A stretch of DNA of 64,000 nucleotides. Source: Octopus vulgaris (lineage: Eukaryota). The position numbers were made by a program, and so were the translations under genes. The notes below the pieces were generated by a model. That model did no database searches, was not told where the DNA came from, and saw only the letters and a program-made list of their open reading frames with translations. Location: assembly GCA_951406725.2 (NCBI GenBank), contig OX597815.1:23870001-23934000 (forward strand). Direction: 5' to 3'. Below, piece after piece: positions 12,970 through 26,860 of the stretch. Numbering within the stretch: position 1 is the stretch's first letter; each line of letters opens with the position of its first letter.

Positions 12970-14054
12970 CTCTTTCGTTACTATATTTCTGACCAAAATA
13001 CACCCCTTATGTGTTTCAATTAATTTCTAACATAATCATAAATTTAGTCTGGTTTCATTAAACAACTATAACTTTTTTATTTATCAATATATTAATCTGA
13101 TTTTTGGAAGATAATTTAATGAAATATTCTCAACCAATTCTATACTATAATTTTTGTCACAAAGTGACTCTAATTGCAGGTAGATACAGGTAAATTCAAC
13201 AAAATATAAAATTATTAAAATTTTGTTCAAACATCGCTATAGAAAATGGGTTATTAGCTAATATTCAATTGGGTATACATCAAAATTTTACGATAGAATT
13301 TGTTATTCTGGGTAACTTTCTGATACCCATAATAATATTTATGGCAAAATAGTCTTAGTTTCATTTAAGGTTATGGGAAACCACTAACTATCCTTTCTTT
13401 CGCTTTGTTTACATTTAGCATAACGGTTCGTTTCCGCCGTAATGATTTCAAATAGGCTCATTCGAAAAAGTAAAAAGAAATAGTCTAAGGCTTTACTCTC
13501 CTGGGAAAGTCTGTGGCTTGGTCCAGTTTCTTCAGAAAAATCACCGAAAGAAACAGTTTTTAAATTTTCACTCCATTCAGGTGCCAATTCATTTTCTTTA
13601 TCGCTGTCGGAGCTCTCGGATTCACTGTTTTCACTTTTGGAAAATGAAACATCAGATTCATTATCAAATACCACGTGCTTTTTTTTTCAGTCATAGAGTT
13701 AGATTTATGAAGGTCTTCAGTAGAAAATCCTTCGAATTCTGACTCGCTGCTTGATATAATGAAATTCGTATCCATTTTTTGTCAGAATTACAAATTTTGA
13801 AAACACAATAGGAACAAATTTCGGAAAAAAATCTCCCAAAATTTACGGAATTAAAATTACACTTTGATTGTTGTACAAAACTGTAGTTGAACTGTTTATG
13901 AAGTATAATACGTGTTTTCACGAATGTACTAAAGAGATTTGCTCTGATATTCTCATTTAAATATGAATAGGTAAATACGGGCGAGTTTGGGTGGTTTGGT
14001 CACATTAACCAAAATTTTTTTCGGGCGGCTTTGGGCGGTTTGGTAACGAAAGGG
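12970..14054 (-). mobile_element. Internally deleted piggyBac transposon (1085 bp)
   Basis: TTAA at 12966-12969 and 14055-14058; TIR c(t/c)ctttcgttac; contains a transposase N-terminus. Confidence 0.9.
13384..13775 (-). pseudogene. Truncated, frameshifted piggyBac (PGBD-like, DDE_Tnp_1_7) transposase N-terminus
   Basis: Acidic SSSESEFEGFS start, then W..F.DF..ETGP..ALDYFFLLF..LFEIITAETNRYA, the typical entry to the piggyBac core; stops before the DDD domain. Confidence 0.85.
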
Positions 14055-14559
14055 TTAAACAGATTGTTTATTTTAGTTAGCTTAGTTGACCTATCATTGA
14101 ATGGTTAGTGTTAGAAAGAGTACTTAAAGCCATAAAGTATCTACTTCACTAAATCCAAGTTAGAAAAATAATTTTGAAATGTTAATGGCAAAAGTAAAAA
14201 TAACAAAACTTCCACATTTTAGTTTGAAAAAACAGTTCTAGAGCTTTGTGTATTTGTTCATATCAAAACAAAGAGTAGTGCTTTGACCTTTTTAGCCTCT
14301 TCATCAGACTTGGGGATTATATAACCAGATATCTGATCTAAATATTTGCTACAGAAAATTCCATCAAAGACATGCAGTAGTCATCTAAATAGTTATTTTA
14401 TAGCTATCATCATAAATAAAGGTGTGATGTAGATATGTTTGAGTTTATAGCTATGAGGAAGTTGTTCGTGTTTAAGGCGTAAGACAATCTGTTGGGGATG
14501 TGAATGGGTAAGAGATAAGTTAGTATATTGTATTTGTGTGATAGTGTGAAGTAAAGATC

Positions 14560-14699
14560 AGGGCCATCTGTGTGGTAAGAAATTTGCTTCCTTACCACAT
14601 AGTTCCAAGTTTAGTCCTGCTGCATGGAACCTTGAGCAAGTGTTTCTATTATAGCTCTAAGGTCTTAGAACTGAAAAGAGTCCATCATATATATTTGTT

Positions 14700-14733
<34 letters not shown>

Positions 14734-14910
14734 CATATATAGTATGTGTGTCTGTGTTTATCCCTCTGCCCCCACTGCTTGACAATCGGTGCTGGTGTGT
14801 TTACATCCCCGTAAAGTACCAGGCTTTAAAAAAAAATGCACTGGGGTCAATTCGTTTGAGTGAAATTCTTCTAGGCTTTTTGCCCCAACGTGGCTGCAAT
14901 TTAAAGAAAG
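14560..14910 (+). mobile_element. Degenerate tRNA/CORE-type SINE
   Basis: gtgtggtaag..ccacat..agtcc..ccttgagcaagtg head, (TG)/(TA) middle, cttgacaatcggtgctggtgtgtttacatcccc. Confidence 0.7.
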
Positions 14911-16522
14911 ATACAAGAATCCTTGTTAAACTGTTTATGTCAAACACTAATCGAAGTTGTAAAAAAATTTTTCTGCAACAAAAGTCTTTATTGTGTTTTG
15001 ATATTATTGTTTATTTTTGACATTTTTTCTACTGTAGTTATGTATAACCTAAATGTTTCAGTGTATTAAATATTTGGATTTTGTGTGCTGCTACTTTACC
15101 ATCATTTTTCTTAATTTCCACTACTCGGTAGAGAATAAGACTAAAACTGATTTTCATTTATGTTTAATGAAGCAAATAAAGTAAAAATACTTAATCTAAG
15201 AGTAAAATGGTTCTTCAATATAGCAAGGTTTGAAGTTTTGAATTTTTTGATAGTAATCTAGCACCAGTAAGTGCAGCCAATGAGCATACACAATAAAACA
15301 GGATTTCAGGTTGATTGGTGTGAGATCGATACTCTAAGTACATTATATCCACTCCACTAGTGTGATCACTCAATTGAAACCCATGAGTTGCTAAAACTTT
15401 CACAGAAAGTAGATATGTTACTGTGGTAACCTTGTTAGCTCAAGCATAGAACTATAACTTCTGCTTCTGATAAGAGATTTTCTCTATATGAAAGGTGGAA
15501 TATATAATACATGAGTTACATGAATTTTTTGCATAGTACTGAAGCAGTGGTATTAATGGCAATATTTTATCTGAAGAGGAGGAGTTGAACTGCAGTTTGG
15601 AGGCCGAATATAAGTTGAACTGAATGTAAATACCTAAACCAATATACTATATTTCTGAGTGACCACGCTTCTGTATAATGTGCACTACTAATGATGGGCA
15701 GTAATACATCCCAAGAAAAAATTCCATCATATATAATACATACTGACTTCAGTGTTATGATATATGTAGAAGAGGAATTTAGTCAGATTTAGTACAATTA
15801 CTATATTTTACTTTTCCTTTTCTTAGAAAAAACATTTTGATATTGATGTATTTAAATGAGTTTATATTCAAATATATTACTCAGTTTGTATAGACACATG
15901 GTTGTGTTAGCATAGGGAAATAAATGTATTTATTTTTTTAATATCCCTCTAACTTTTTATTATGCATGCTTTTTTTATATATTTTTTTAATGGTCTTCAG
16001 ATTTTTATGTTTTGAATATTAGACATTCAGAATCTGTTTTTGTTGATTTTCCTTTTTCCAAAAAATCTTTTCTCAGAGTATTAATTGAAAGAGCATTAAA
16101 AATTTTTTGAAAGTGAAAAATATTTAAAATCAATCCATTCAGTGTTTCAAATATAATTCTTTGGGACATAATTTGTGTCAATACTGTACATAGTATCTAT
16201 TTATATGGATTTCTGTCTAGATGGATAAAAAAGAAAGAAAGAAACTGTTTAATTACCAATTTTATCTTTGTTTTTTATTATTTCATATAAACGATTATGA
16301 GCAAAAATTTTCAGTATTTAGTTGTATATTGATTGACATTATTTCTTCTTTTACTAAAACAATGGAATAAAATGTAAAACTAGATTGTAGATGGTGAAGT
16401 GAGGAAATGTACATAGTTTCTGTTTATACACCTTTATGTCTGTAGTTTATCTGTATATGCTTGTTATAAGAACATATACTTGTTGAAATTTTGTTTCAGT
16501 AACTTTCTATAATAAGAAATAA

Positions 16523-16559
<37 letters not shown>

Positions 16560-16564
16560 GTGTA

Positions 16565-16838
16565 TGTAAAAAGCACTCAGTATATTGTGAAGTGGTTGAC
16601 ATTAGGAAGGGTGTCCAGCCATTTTATACACACACGCAGATATACATATATATATATGCACATATATACATACATATATATACAGTAAATGAAGTTGAAA
16701 GATTTCAGTCTTCACCTTTTTTATATATATATATATATACCAGACTGGAGCCTAGTGCAGCCACTGGCTCTCCAGACTTCAGTCAAACCGTCCAACCCAT
16801 GCCAACCTAGAAAATGGACGTTAATCGATGATGATGAT
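16565..16838 (+). mobile_element. RTE-type 3' tail interrupted by TA microsatellite
   Basis: gtggttgacattaggaagggtgtccagcc ... ccgtccaacccatgcc ... gatgatgat. Confidence 0.7.
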
Positions 16839-16851
16839 ATACAAAGATTTA

Positions 16852-16893
<42 letters not shown>

Positions 16894-16989
16894 CATACAT
16901 ACATATACAAGCATGTATATAAATACATACTGAAAGTAATAGAAATGAAACTAATATATATTAATATGAAACCGTAAAATAGTGAAAGA

Positions 16990-17236
16990 AGTATTAATAG
17001 AGAAGTTATTGTTTCACTTTTGACACATAATACGAAAATAGTGTAAGAGATAAGAGATTGCTCCGGGCTCACATAAGGCAAGAAGTTGAAAAATTTTTGG
17101 CCCCTGACATTGCATGGACCCTAAAAGTAAGGCATGTGTAAAATTTGAATGAAATCTGTTGCGTAGTTCTCAAGTTTTGGTGAAGCACACATACAGATAC
17201 ACAGACACACATTCTCAGTTTTATATATATATAGAT
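16990..17236 (-). mobile_element. Helitron-like non-autonomous element, 5' part
   Basis: Minus strand starts TCTATATATATAAAA followed by (GTCT/GTGT) repeats and gatttcattcaaatttt, typical of animal non-autonomous Helitron-like repeats. Confidence 0.5.
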
Positions 17237-19892
17237 ATAATGAGTTTAATATCAGATTAGATAATATATTAACAGGATGGTTATGGCTGAAGACCTTATA
17301 GTGGATTATTGAAATGCACAAATAGAAACTAAGTACATTTTGCCATTTCCATTATAGTTTTAAATTTTATTTCTGTATTTTTTGGTTGTATCATTAAATT
17401 AGGAAAGAACTTGGTTAGTATGATCTTCCATCACCCTTGTAGAAAAATGTAACATCATTACAGTGAATTAAACTCTTTGTTGCACATAAATTAGCATGGA
17501 CAATTGATATAACTTACTTCTAGTCATGCTATCTTGAATGAATATAGCCACTCATTTGAGATAGGGGAAAATGATTAGCATTTAGTTTTCATGTACATAA
17601 GATTTTTAAAATTTAATTTTAAGGTTCATAAGTCTTGAAATAAGTGAAAATTATATATGAATATATGTGATATGTGTGTGTTTATGTAACTTGACTGGAT
17701 GGCTTACTGGCTGAAATGTGAAACATTAATGAAAAATACTAGAAGGTTAAAGGGGGACAGTTTTCCACAGATTCTACAGTCTTTAAATTGTCTGGATCTA
17801 TCCTGTACTCTCTTTTATGTTGTACTTAATCTGCACTTTTATGTCATTGCACTAACAGTAATCAGAACAAAACTTCTCTGGTCAGAAATTTATTACTCTG
17901 AAACTTGTTTCGTGCAGTGATAGTCTTACTTTGTACCAAATAAAAATATTTGAAATGAAATATTAATTATACATTTCCAACTTGTTAACCTTTCTACTTA
18001 AGCTGTTGCAGTTTTTATCTGGGTTGAAATAAAATAACGGTGGTGGGGAAACCATATGCTTCTGACTTTGTAATAGGGTTCAATAAATAATTTAAAGTTT
18101 AAGATGATAATTTACTGCACCCATTCAGTCAAAAAGCAACCACTAAAGTGCTTGTCTTAAACATTACAGAACCTCTGCCATCTTTAATCTTTACACCCAA
18201 TAGAAATTAATCACTTAGTTTTTCAGGTATATTCAGTAACACTTAAAATGATTTATATATGATAAATTCCTAATGTTTGTTAGAACGATTTTTTTTTAAA
18301 TGCCTGTTCATTAGCTTTCTTTCCCTGATGATAATGTTTATGATGATGATGATGATAATGACTACCATGAAGCATTATATTGCCTAGCTATTACACATTA
18401 CCAGTCTAAATGTGTTTATTAAGATCATATATTATTGTAGGTTTAGGAAATAACATTTGAGTAATGGTTTCCAGTTTCATTTTGGAGACTGTTTGAGAAT
18501 TCCTAATGGTTATTGGTAACAACATTTCAATTTTAGGTAGGGCCATTATGTTGTATGTATCTTTTCCCATGACTATTAACTGGTCTGGTATAGAGGTTGA
18601 AAAAATTTCTGAGAGATATTTGAAAGAAGTCGAGTCAATTGCAAAGGACTAGAAGTGTATTTTGCTAGATAATAATGATCTGTATTTCCAACATTATCAA
18701 TGTGGAAATAATAAGCATTATTCATTCTACCAAACATAAGACATTTGGTTTCTAATGATGTTTCATAAAGGGAGTTTGAATGATTGATCATTTAGTTTTT
18801 ATTATAACTTAAGATTTTTGGCATTTCTGGGATATTGTCATTTATAAATTAGAGAATATTCTGCATTGTTATTTTGTGTGTGTGTGTGTGTGTGTAAATA
18901 GTTCTGTTGTGGTCTCAAGCTGAAGTTTTTAAATTTAGTGTGGATACATTTACTGTTAATCTACCTCTTGCTAGCATTGTAGTATAAAAAAAAGAAAATT
19001 AGTGTAAAATGAATTAACAAATATGTTCGTTACACTTGTTTTATCCTCAGTTTTTACATTTCTTTCATTCAGTAATCTTGGGAATCATGAGATTTCACAG
19101 TACAGATAATGTGTGGCTCAAAATTTGTTTCTGTTTAAAGGGAGGAAAACAAAGAGAAATTTAGATGTCATTGATGAAGTAAAAAAAAAAACCATTTAAG
19201 TTGAATGTATTTTCTTTTTTTTCTTTTTAAAAAGATATATTTGAAATATCTTATGGAGTAAAACTCTTCCATTGTTAGCGTATTTCTGTTGAAATGCATT
19301 ACTTTTGTTTCAATTAATTTTGAAAATAATGAAAAATCTAATGCTATAACTTTCATTATTAAGCTAGTTTTTTTTTTATTATCTTCCTTGAATTTGAATT
19401 AATATGAAATTTTGATAGGTTTTAATTTAGATCACATTAAAATGGGTGGTCTGAAGCAGGTTGGTATCAAAAGGATTGATATTTTGCATGTTTTAAAATC
19501 TTTTTAATGTATTTGATAGCTAGATTTTGAAAAATCTTAGATTTGATTTTTCCATTTGATAGAAAAAAAAAGTGCTTGAAATGGTTTTTAGAAACTACTT
19601 CAGTTACCACTATTAAATCTATTGGGAAATTCTAAATTAGATTTCGTATATTTGGCTTTTCACATTAAGAATAAAGACAACTTTTAGTTTTTGATACTTT
19701 TAATTTATTATAATTCTCATCTAGGATGCATTATAGGAATATAAATCATCGCTAGTATTTGACTGGTACTTCATTTTATTGACCCTGGAAGGATGTATTG
19801 AATGGTATTTTGTTCACTTCTGCAACATACATCTCTCCTCAAGCATTATCATCCCATTTGTCTCCCTTCTTTTCATTATCCTTCTTGTGTTC

Positions 19893-20114
19893 AACTCCAT
19901 TCTCCTTCAGCCCCTGTACTAATCATTACACTCAATCCCACCTTACTAGAATGTTGGCCCTCTTGAACTCCATTCTCCTTCAGCCCCTGTACTAATCACT
20001 ACACTGAATCCCACCTTACTAGAATGTTGGCCCTCTTGAACTCCATTCTCCTTCAGCCCCTGTACTAATCACTACACTCAATCCCACCTTACTAGAATGT
20101 TGGCCCTCTTGAAC
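19893..20114. repeat. Minisatellite, 3 x 73 bp
   Basis: aactccattctcc...ggccctcttg starts at 19893, 19966 and 20039; near-identical copies. Confidence 0.95.
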
Positions 20115-20769
20115 ATCTGCAGGAGTTCAAGAGGAGCATTAGTGACATCTACCTCATCAGTCTAGGAGTACCAGTAAGGTCCATGGGTATCACCTCTTCC
20201 TCCAGAGCACAAATCAAAGTTTAAAATATTTTTTTTGATTAAAGAATATTTAATCAAAATGTTGAATCTTTGTTTGATATAGAAACTTAAAAGGAGAAAT
20301 TAATTTATTTTAGCAGCAAGTATAATACTATCGTTAAAATTTTCATCATTTACTCCCAAATCAGCTCTGATTGACCAGTCAGCCTATGACCATTTCAACT
20401 CTTTTTCAGAAATAGTGTACTTCAGACTGCATTATACAGTATATCTTTCTTTCTTTTTAAGACCATAGGAAGTGGTTTGAAGGAAGATTTGACTGCAGTT
20501 TCTAGAGTTTCCCCTCAATTACTTAAGTTAAATGTTTCAGTAAGGTCATGGAGCTATTATTTAGGAGTTGTTGATTAAAAATCTTTTTTACACAAGAAAA
20601 GGGTTTAAAATATGTAAAGATTTTAATCTATATTAAAAGCCAGAAAGTTGGTAGAATTATCAGAGCAAAGAATAAATTGTCTTTGTATTTTGTTCTGCCT
20701 ATCTACTCTGGGTTCAGATCCTGCCACGCTCAACTTTCAAAGTCAATAAAATTGATACCAGTCCAGGTC

Positions 20770-20922
20770 AGTGGAGTGGTTGGCGTTAGGAAGGGCATCC
20801 AGCCGTAGAAACACTGCCAGATCAGACTGGGCCTGATGCAGCCTTCCGACTTCACAGACCCCAGTTGAACCGTCCAACCCGTGCTAGCATGGAAAGCGGA
20901 CGCTAAATGATGATGATGATGA
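20770..20922 (+). mobile_element. Short RTE-type 3' tail insertion, adjoining a degenerate SINE head (20640-20760)
   Basis: ggagtggttggcgttaggaagggcatccagcc...gctaaatgatgatgatgat. Confidence 0.8.
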
Positions 20923-22539
20923 TTGGTCATTAGAGTAATGACTGATAATTTGTATTGTTTATTCTCTTTGAATTCTTTGCTGTCTCATGAGACCTGGAAA
21001 AGAAAATAAAAAGAAAAAAATGGTCATATGCATTGCCCTTCCCTCCTTGATTAAACAGCAGAGGAAAAAAGTAGCATATTATTTGCTCATAATTACTTCA
21101 TGGAGGTCAAAACTACCATATTTGACCTATCCTAAACAAAATAAATTGCTGTAATGTGTGAATATATATCTAGAAGACTATTTTATTGAATGATGTATCT
21201 CAAAAGTTGTTACCTTAGAATGTCTAAAGAATAACACTGTCATACTGAATGTAATTCAAAATTGCTAATATGGTGGATTACATTTTGTGTAAACATTTTT
21301 GTATATACTTACTATCTTGTAGCAATTATTTGTTGCTGTAGCTGAAACCATATGACAGAGAAAAATCTTTTGTATCTTAAAATTAAATTTGCATGAAGCT
21401 AAGTCATTTTAATCTGAAATATTTATTAGAATTTGTGATATACTACTTATCTTTCCTTATGCTAATCTAAAGCTGTTTAGTTACATTTTTCTTGTTTTAA
21501 TTTTCTAAATGTGCATACTTAGTATATTATGCAATCATTCTCCGTCTACAGTATTTATAACAACAGGTTAAATTATACTTTAAACTATTTCAATAGGTGA
21601 ATCTTGTTCTTACAGACAAAATATCTTATGTCAAGCTGACTGCATTTCACTATGTTTAATAATTTATTCAATAATTTACTTAAAATCTAGTCCAGTATAA
21701 AACAACTGTATGTAAACAAAAATAAAATGTAAGTAAAAGGAAGGGCCCAGTAATTTCCTTCGTTAACTAATCAACTTAAATGATTGTAATTGTATACTAT
21801 ATTTACTACAGAATTATATCAGTGTTCAATTTAAATGTGTAAAATTTTGTGCTGTCTAACAGCTAGTTGTTAATGGAGAACAACTAGCTGTTAATCTATT
21901 TCTAAATATAGTCTAAATATCTTAGTACTCACTAGTAACAAAACATACAAATTAGATTGACTGATAAGTAATCATTTATATCCATCTACCATATTTCCAA
22001 ACAGAATTTACATTACATCATAACCAAAACCCTGAACTTTTTCTACCAAAATACATGCCCTTTTTATTTTACCAGCACCCTTAGAAATAGTGTTGACTGT
22101 AAAATACTTATGGGACTGTACAATATTTAAAGCAAGAGTTTTTAATATGCCCACATCATTTATTTTACTAATTTGAAGGCAATAGCCTCAAAGTTATTTA
22201 ACCAAGGAAATAATTTTCTAGTAACATATATTAATATTCTAGTTGTTTTATTTTAACCCTCATCTACATTTTCATAATATTTATAGATTTTTCTTTTTTC
22301 TATTTCTTTGGACCGAATGCTTCTGCAGCTGTTACAGTATTTCTTCTTCACATTACAGTATTATTATTAGTAACTGAAGCAAAGACAAGAACACTATGTT
22401 TACTTAAAGCAAATTCATTCTAGATGTATGGAAATCAGAAGAATAGTGATTTATAAAACTACAAATTTTCACTTACTTCAAAATTCAGACAGTTATTATT
22501 TTTTTCCCTTTAAATGACATAACATAGCTGTGTCATTTG

Positions 22540-23365
22540 CTTTCCCAATCGGATGATCTCGGGGTTTCAGTCCCACTGTGCAGTACCATAAGCAAGTGTC
22601 TTCTACTATAGCTCTGGGCTGACCAAAGTCTTTTGAATGGTTGAAGGAAACTACAAGAAATCTGTTGTCTGTGTGTGTGTGTGTATACTCCCTTTTTCTT
22701 TTATTCTTTTACTTATTTCAGTCTTTCGACTGTGACCATGCTGGGGCACTACCTTAAAAGTTGTAGTTGAGCAAATTGCTACCAGTGTTTAATTTTTTAA
22801 AGTTTGGTGCTCATTCTGTCTCTTTTTACCAGCTTTAAGTTACAAAGATGTGAATAACCAATATTGGTTGCCAAATGGTAAGGGTCAAATGCAATCACAC
22901 TTGTGTGCGCACCCACCCACACGTATGTGTGCTTCCATAGTTTCTATCTTACCAAATTCACTTACAAGGTATTGATAGCCTTGAGATATTAGTAGAAGAC
23001 ACTTGTCCAAGGTGCCATGCAGTAGGGCTGAACCTGAAACCACATGATTGCCAAGTGAACTTCTTAACCACATAGTTGTGCCTGCATGTGTGTGTGTGCA
23101 TACATGCACATGCATACACGTGCATTTGTATCTCCTTGTCTTAACATTGCACAATGGTTGTATACAAGCTTCACTATCATGTATGCTGCGTCCTTCATTT
23201 CCAACCTTCTGTGGAAACATGTCTGGCTGTGGGGAAAATATTACCTTGCTTAGAAACTGGTGAGAATTGGCCAAAGGAAGGCCATCCCACTATAGAAAAT
23301 CTACCACAATGAATTCCATCTGACCCATGCTAGCATGGAGAAGTGGAAGTTAAGGTGACGATAAA
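22540..23365. mobile_element. Cluster of degenerate CORE-type SINE pieces in both orientations plus an RTE-tailed SINE body
   Basis: cagtcccactgtg..gcaagtgtcttctactatagc (+), agaagacacttgtccaaggtgcc (-), catgctagcatggagaagtgga tail. Confidence 0.7.
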
Positions 23366-23793
23366 CACCTATTTATTACCAATTCAAGGTGTAGTGTACA
23401 TGCTAAGCAACCAATATTTTATGCAGTTTGCTCTTTATAGATCTTTTGTGATCTCCCAAAGGCTGTTCATACTTACTTGTTAAAAGTTGTGTATTCCAAT
23501 TCATTGATGATCTTTGTGCTATCAAGAATGGAGAAATAATTGATAAAGTGTTCTGTGGAACTCGATGACTACTAAATAAATGTTAACATGTGAATAAAAA
23601 AATGGAAAGGCAATATCTACGACCAATCATGAGAAATGTGCATATACTCCACTCAAACTATAATTTTATGTTCATATCTAGGATTACTTGTATCTGTATG
23701 TAAAAGTGAAATTCATGTCATTGGCGCTCAGGGCGATAAAAGTACTAACATAACACATAGATTTATATGTGGATGGGCTGAAAGTATATACCT

Positions 23794-24025
23794 ATTTCTT
23801 TACTACCCACAAGGGGCTAAACACAGAGGGGACAGACAAGGACAAACAAACGGATTAAGTCGATTACATTGACCCCACTGCGTAACTGGTACTTAATTTA
23901 TCGACCCCGAAAGGATGAAAGGCAAAGTCGACCTCAGCAGAATTTGAACTCAGAACGTAATGGCAGACAAAATACGGCTACGCATTTCGCCCGGCATGCT
24001 AACGTTTCTGCCAGCTCGCTGCCTT
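23794..24025 (-). mobile_element. tRNA-derived SINE with Meta-like central domain
   Basis: Minus strand: ggcagcgagctggcagaaacgttagc..gagttcaaattc (A/B boxes), then ggtcgactttgcctttcatcctttcggggtcgataaattaagtacc (Meta-domain-like). Confidence 0.8.
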
Positions 24026-25079
24026 AAAGTATATACCACAAGACGTAAAATGAAACTGCTAAGTAAGAAATTAGAATTAAATGCCATTAATAGGTGCCAT
24101 GAAATATTGTGAGACGTTTCAGATATTGAACATTATTTAGTAGACTAATTTAAAAAATGCAACTTCTGTAGACATTTAAGAACTGCAACTGCTATACTAC
24201 ATAGTGATGTATATCTTTCAGTCAAACAATTTTATGTTTGATACTATTTTTTGCTTATCTATCACATATTGTTAATGTTCCAATAGATTAAAAAAATTTT
24301 TTTTTTACTTCTGCAGATTAAATGAGAATTACTATCTTAATTTTGTAAAATGTGTGTAAAATTTGCATTAATTTTTTTTTCATGTTTATATGGGGTATTT
24401 TTATCTTGTTAGACCAATTATTTTTATAATTAGATGTTTTTTTTTGTTTAGTCTTAGTAAGTACTGTTTTAGCAGGCTTACGATTAAAGGTTTTCCAACC
24501 ATGACCATCATGATCTATTTTTTCAGTGTAAGTGTACTTATAATCATATGCAATGTTTTTTTTTTTTTTGTTTTGGCAAGATGTTAGGGTAGGATTTGAC
24601 GGAAATTTAGCTGCTATTTTTTAGTAGGTCAAGTGACCACATAGAGCCACACTCATGGGTTTGTTTATTGGAAGTCTTTCCTGTTGCAAACAACTCAACA
24701 ATGAGGTATACCTGCTTCTGTTGGTCAGGAAAACTAGAGAAAGTATTCTTAGGAGCATAACAGCTATGGTAATATAATTTAAACTCACTATGGTCTTCTT
24801 GGTAGCCTTGTAGCTTGACCCAACACTTACTTTGTATCTGTGGCATGCTCACAAGGGAAAATATTTATATTCAAAATCTTTAGGGTGTGAACTTGATTCA
24901 GCATTTTCAATTTCATTTGACCTTACAAGACCTTATTAGTTTGTTGTTGTTTTTTAGATAAAAAAATATTGATTACATCATACTTGACATTTCATTAAAA
25001 AAGTCATGGCCTGAAAGAGATGGGTGGAGAGAGAATTTTATATATTGATAGACTGAAGGTGGATATTATTATATGTTAC

Positions 25080-25260
25080 TGGTGCAAGCATGAATGTGTG
25101 GTTAAGAAGTTCACTTCCCAACTGCATGGTTATGGGTTCAGTTCCATTGCAACGCACTTTCTGCAAATGTTTTATACCATAGCCCTGGGTCACCCAAATC
25201 CTTGTGAGTAGATTTGATAGATGGAAGCTGAGAGAAATATGTGTGTATGTGTGTGAGAGA
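25080..25260 (+). mobile_element. Degenerate CORE-type SINE head
   Basis: gtgtggttaagaagttcacttccc..ggttcagttcc..ccttgtgagtagatttg. Confidence 0.6.
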
Positions 25261-26349
25261 GAGAAAGAGAGAGAGAGAGACACACAGACAGACAGTTTTT
25301 CCTTGACACCACACAAAAGAATGGGTTTTCATTAGTGGTTAATGTTGGATCTGTAATCCAGTACTTAAAATGTAATTTTATATTCCTTAAATGGTCTTAG
25401 TCATTGAACTGCAGTCATGTTGGGACACCACTGGCACAGCAGGTTTGACCAGATTGAACCCTGTTTGTTGAACCATGAGATTGTGGAGCTTAACAAATAC
25501 ATAAAAACAAACAAAACAGATTTTTAAATTGATGTAAACATAAATACATACACACACATACAAGGTTGGGTGACTAAATTGAGACTGTTTGTGTTGAGGT
25601 ATTTCAAAGCTTGCAAATAAAAAGGTAGAAGCATGGAACTTTGACATAACATAAGGAAAGATATCACTCACTATGTCCATCATCATTAAATACAGATGGG
25701 GAAGTCTGAGCATGTCCTCTTGGTCTTGTCCATATTGATGGACTGAATGTTTCATAACCATGTAACTTGGTTGACTTTCCACTTCCCTTTGTATATGCTC
25801 CAAGTAGTTGAGAAGCTTTGAGGCTCTCTTAAATTTAATAGCTTCAGAACAAGTTGTGAGAATGGTTTCATGTCTCTGAAAATATGGACTTCATACCTAA
25901 CTATTTTTTTAATGGTCCTAACTCTATTGTCCTCTTATTCACATTATGTTTTCTTGCAAGCTTGGTCTTGATTGTGGAAGAATTTACTATGATAGTTTTA
26001 AATCAGCCAGAAAGATGTGGGTATCTTTGGGATCACAAGCCAACCCAAGTAGAAGGTACTGTCCTGTTGTTATGGAGTAAACTTTTTAACCACACAGCTG
26101 TATCTGCACCTCTCTGCATACAAAAATGTTGCCTCTATTTTGCAGTTAGTAGTTCTTTCATATATTCATGTTCACATATTCAGGAATAAAGGATTATTTC
26201 TTCATAAACCAAATTTAGCTACATTTCTTTAATAAATTTTGCTAGGATAGACTTTCCTTTTTATCCTTCTTGGTATAGTGTGACGCCAGTATATGACTAG
26301 GGTCACACTATACCGTCCTCCAAAATGTTTGGCCTTATGTTTAAGAAAT

Positions 26350-26860
26350 TATTTTTTGGCTCTTCCACTGATGTCAACTTTGCCTTTCATTCTTCTGGAG
26401 TGGTGGTGGGTGGGTGATAGAATAGAGTAACTGTCAAGTTCTGGGATCAGTTTAATTTTACCTATTTCCTTCAGCCAAACTTTCTGGCCTTGTGCTTATA
26501 TTTTGAGTTCAAATCCCACTGAGGTCAACTTTACCTTTCATCCTTCCAAGGTCTTTAAAATAAAAGTACCAACCAAATACTCACCTCTCCCACAAAATCT
26601 GTGATGTTGTACCTGTATTAGCAATTGTTATTTTGTTAAAAGCTATTATTATGGCAGTGAACTGGCAGAAGTTAACATGCTGGGCAAAATGCTTAACATT
26701 TCACCGGTCTTTGTTCTGAGTTCAAATTTTGCTGAGGATGATTTTGCCTTTTATCCTTTTGGGGTCAATAAAATAAGTACCAATTAATCACTGGGGCCGA
26801 TGTAATCAACTTACTCCCTCCCCCAAAATTGCTAGCCTTGTACCAAAATTTGAAACCATT
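26350..26860 (+). mobile_element. Cluster of ~3 degenerate Meta-like SINE copies (best copy 26652-26860)
   Basis: Repeated gagttcaaat..gtcaactttgcctttcatcc..aaagtacc motifs. Confidence 0.7.

Noticed and set aside
25387-25803. 138-aa minus-strand ORF
   Set aside because: No recognisable domain or splice context; possibly old LINE debris.
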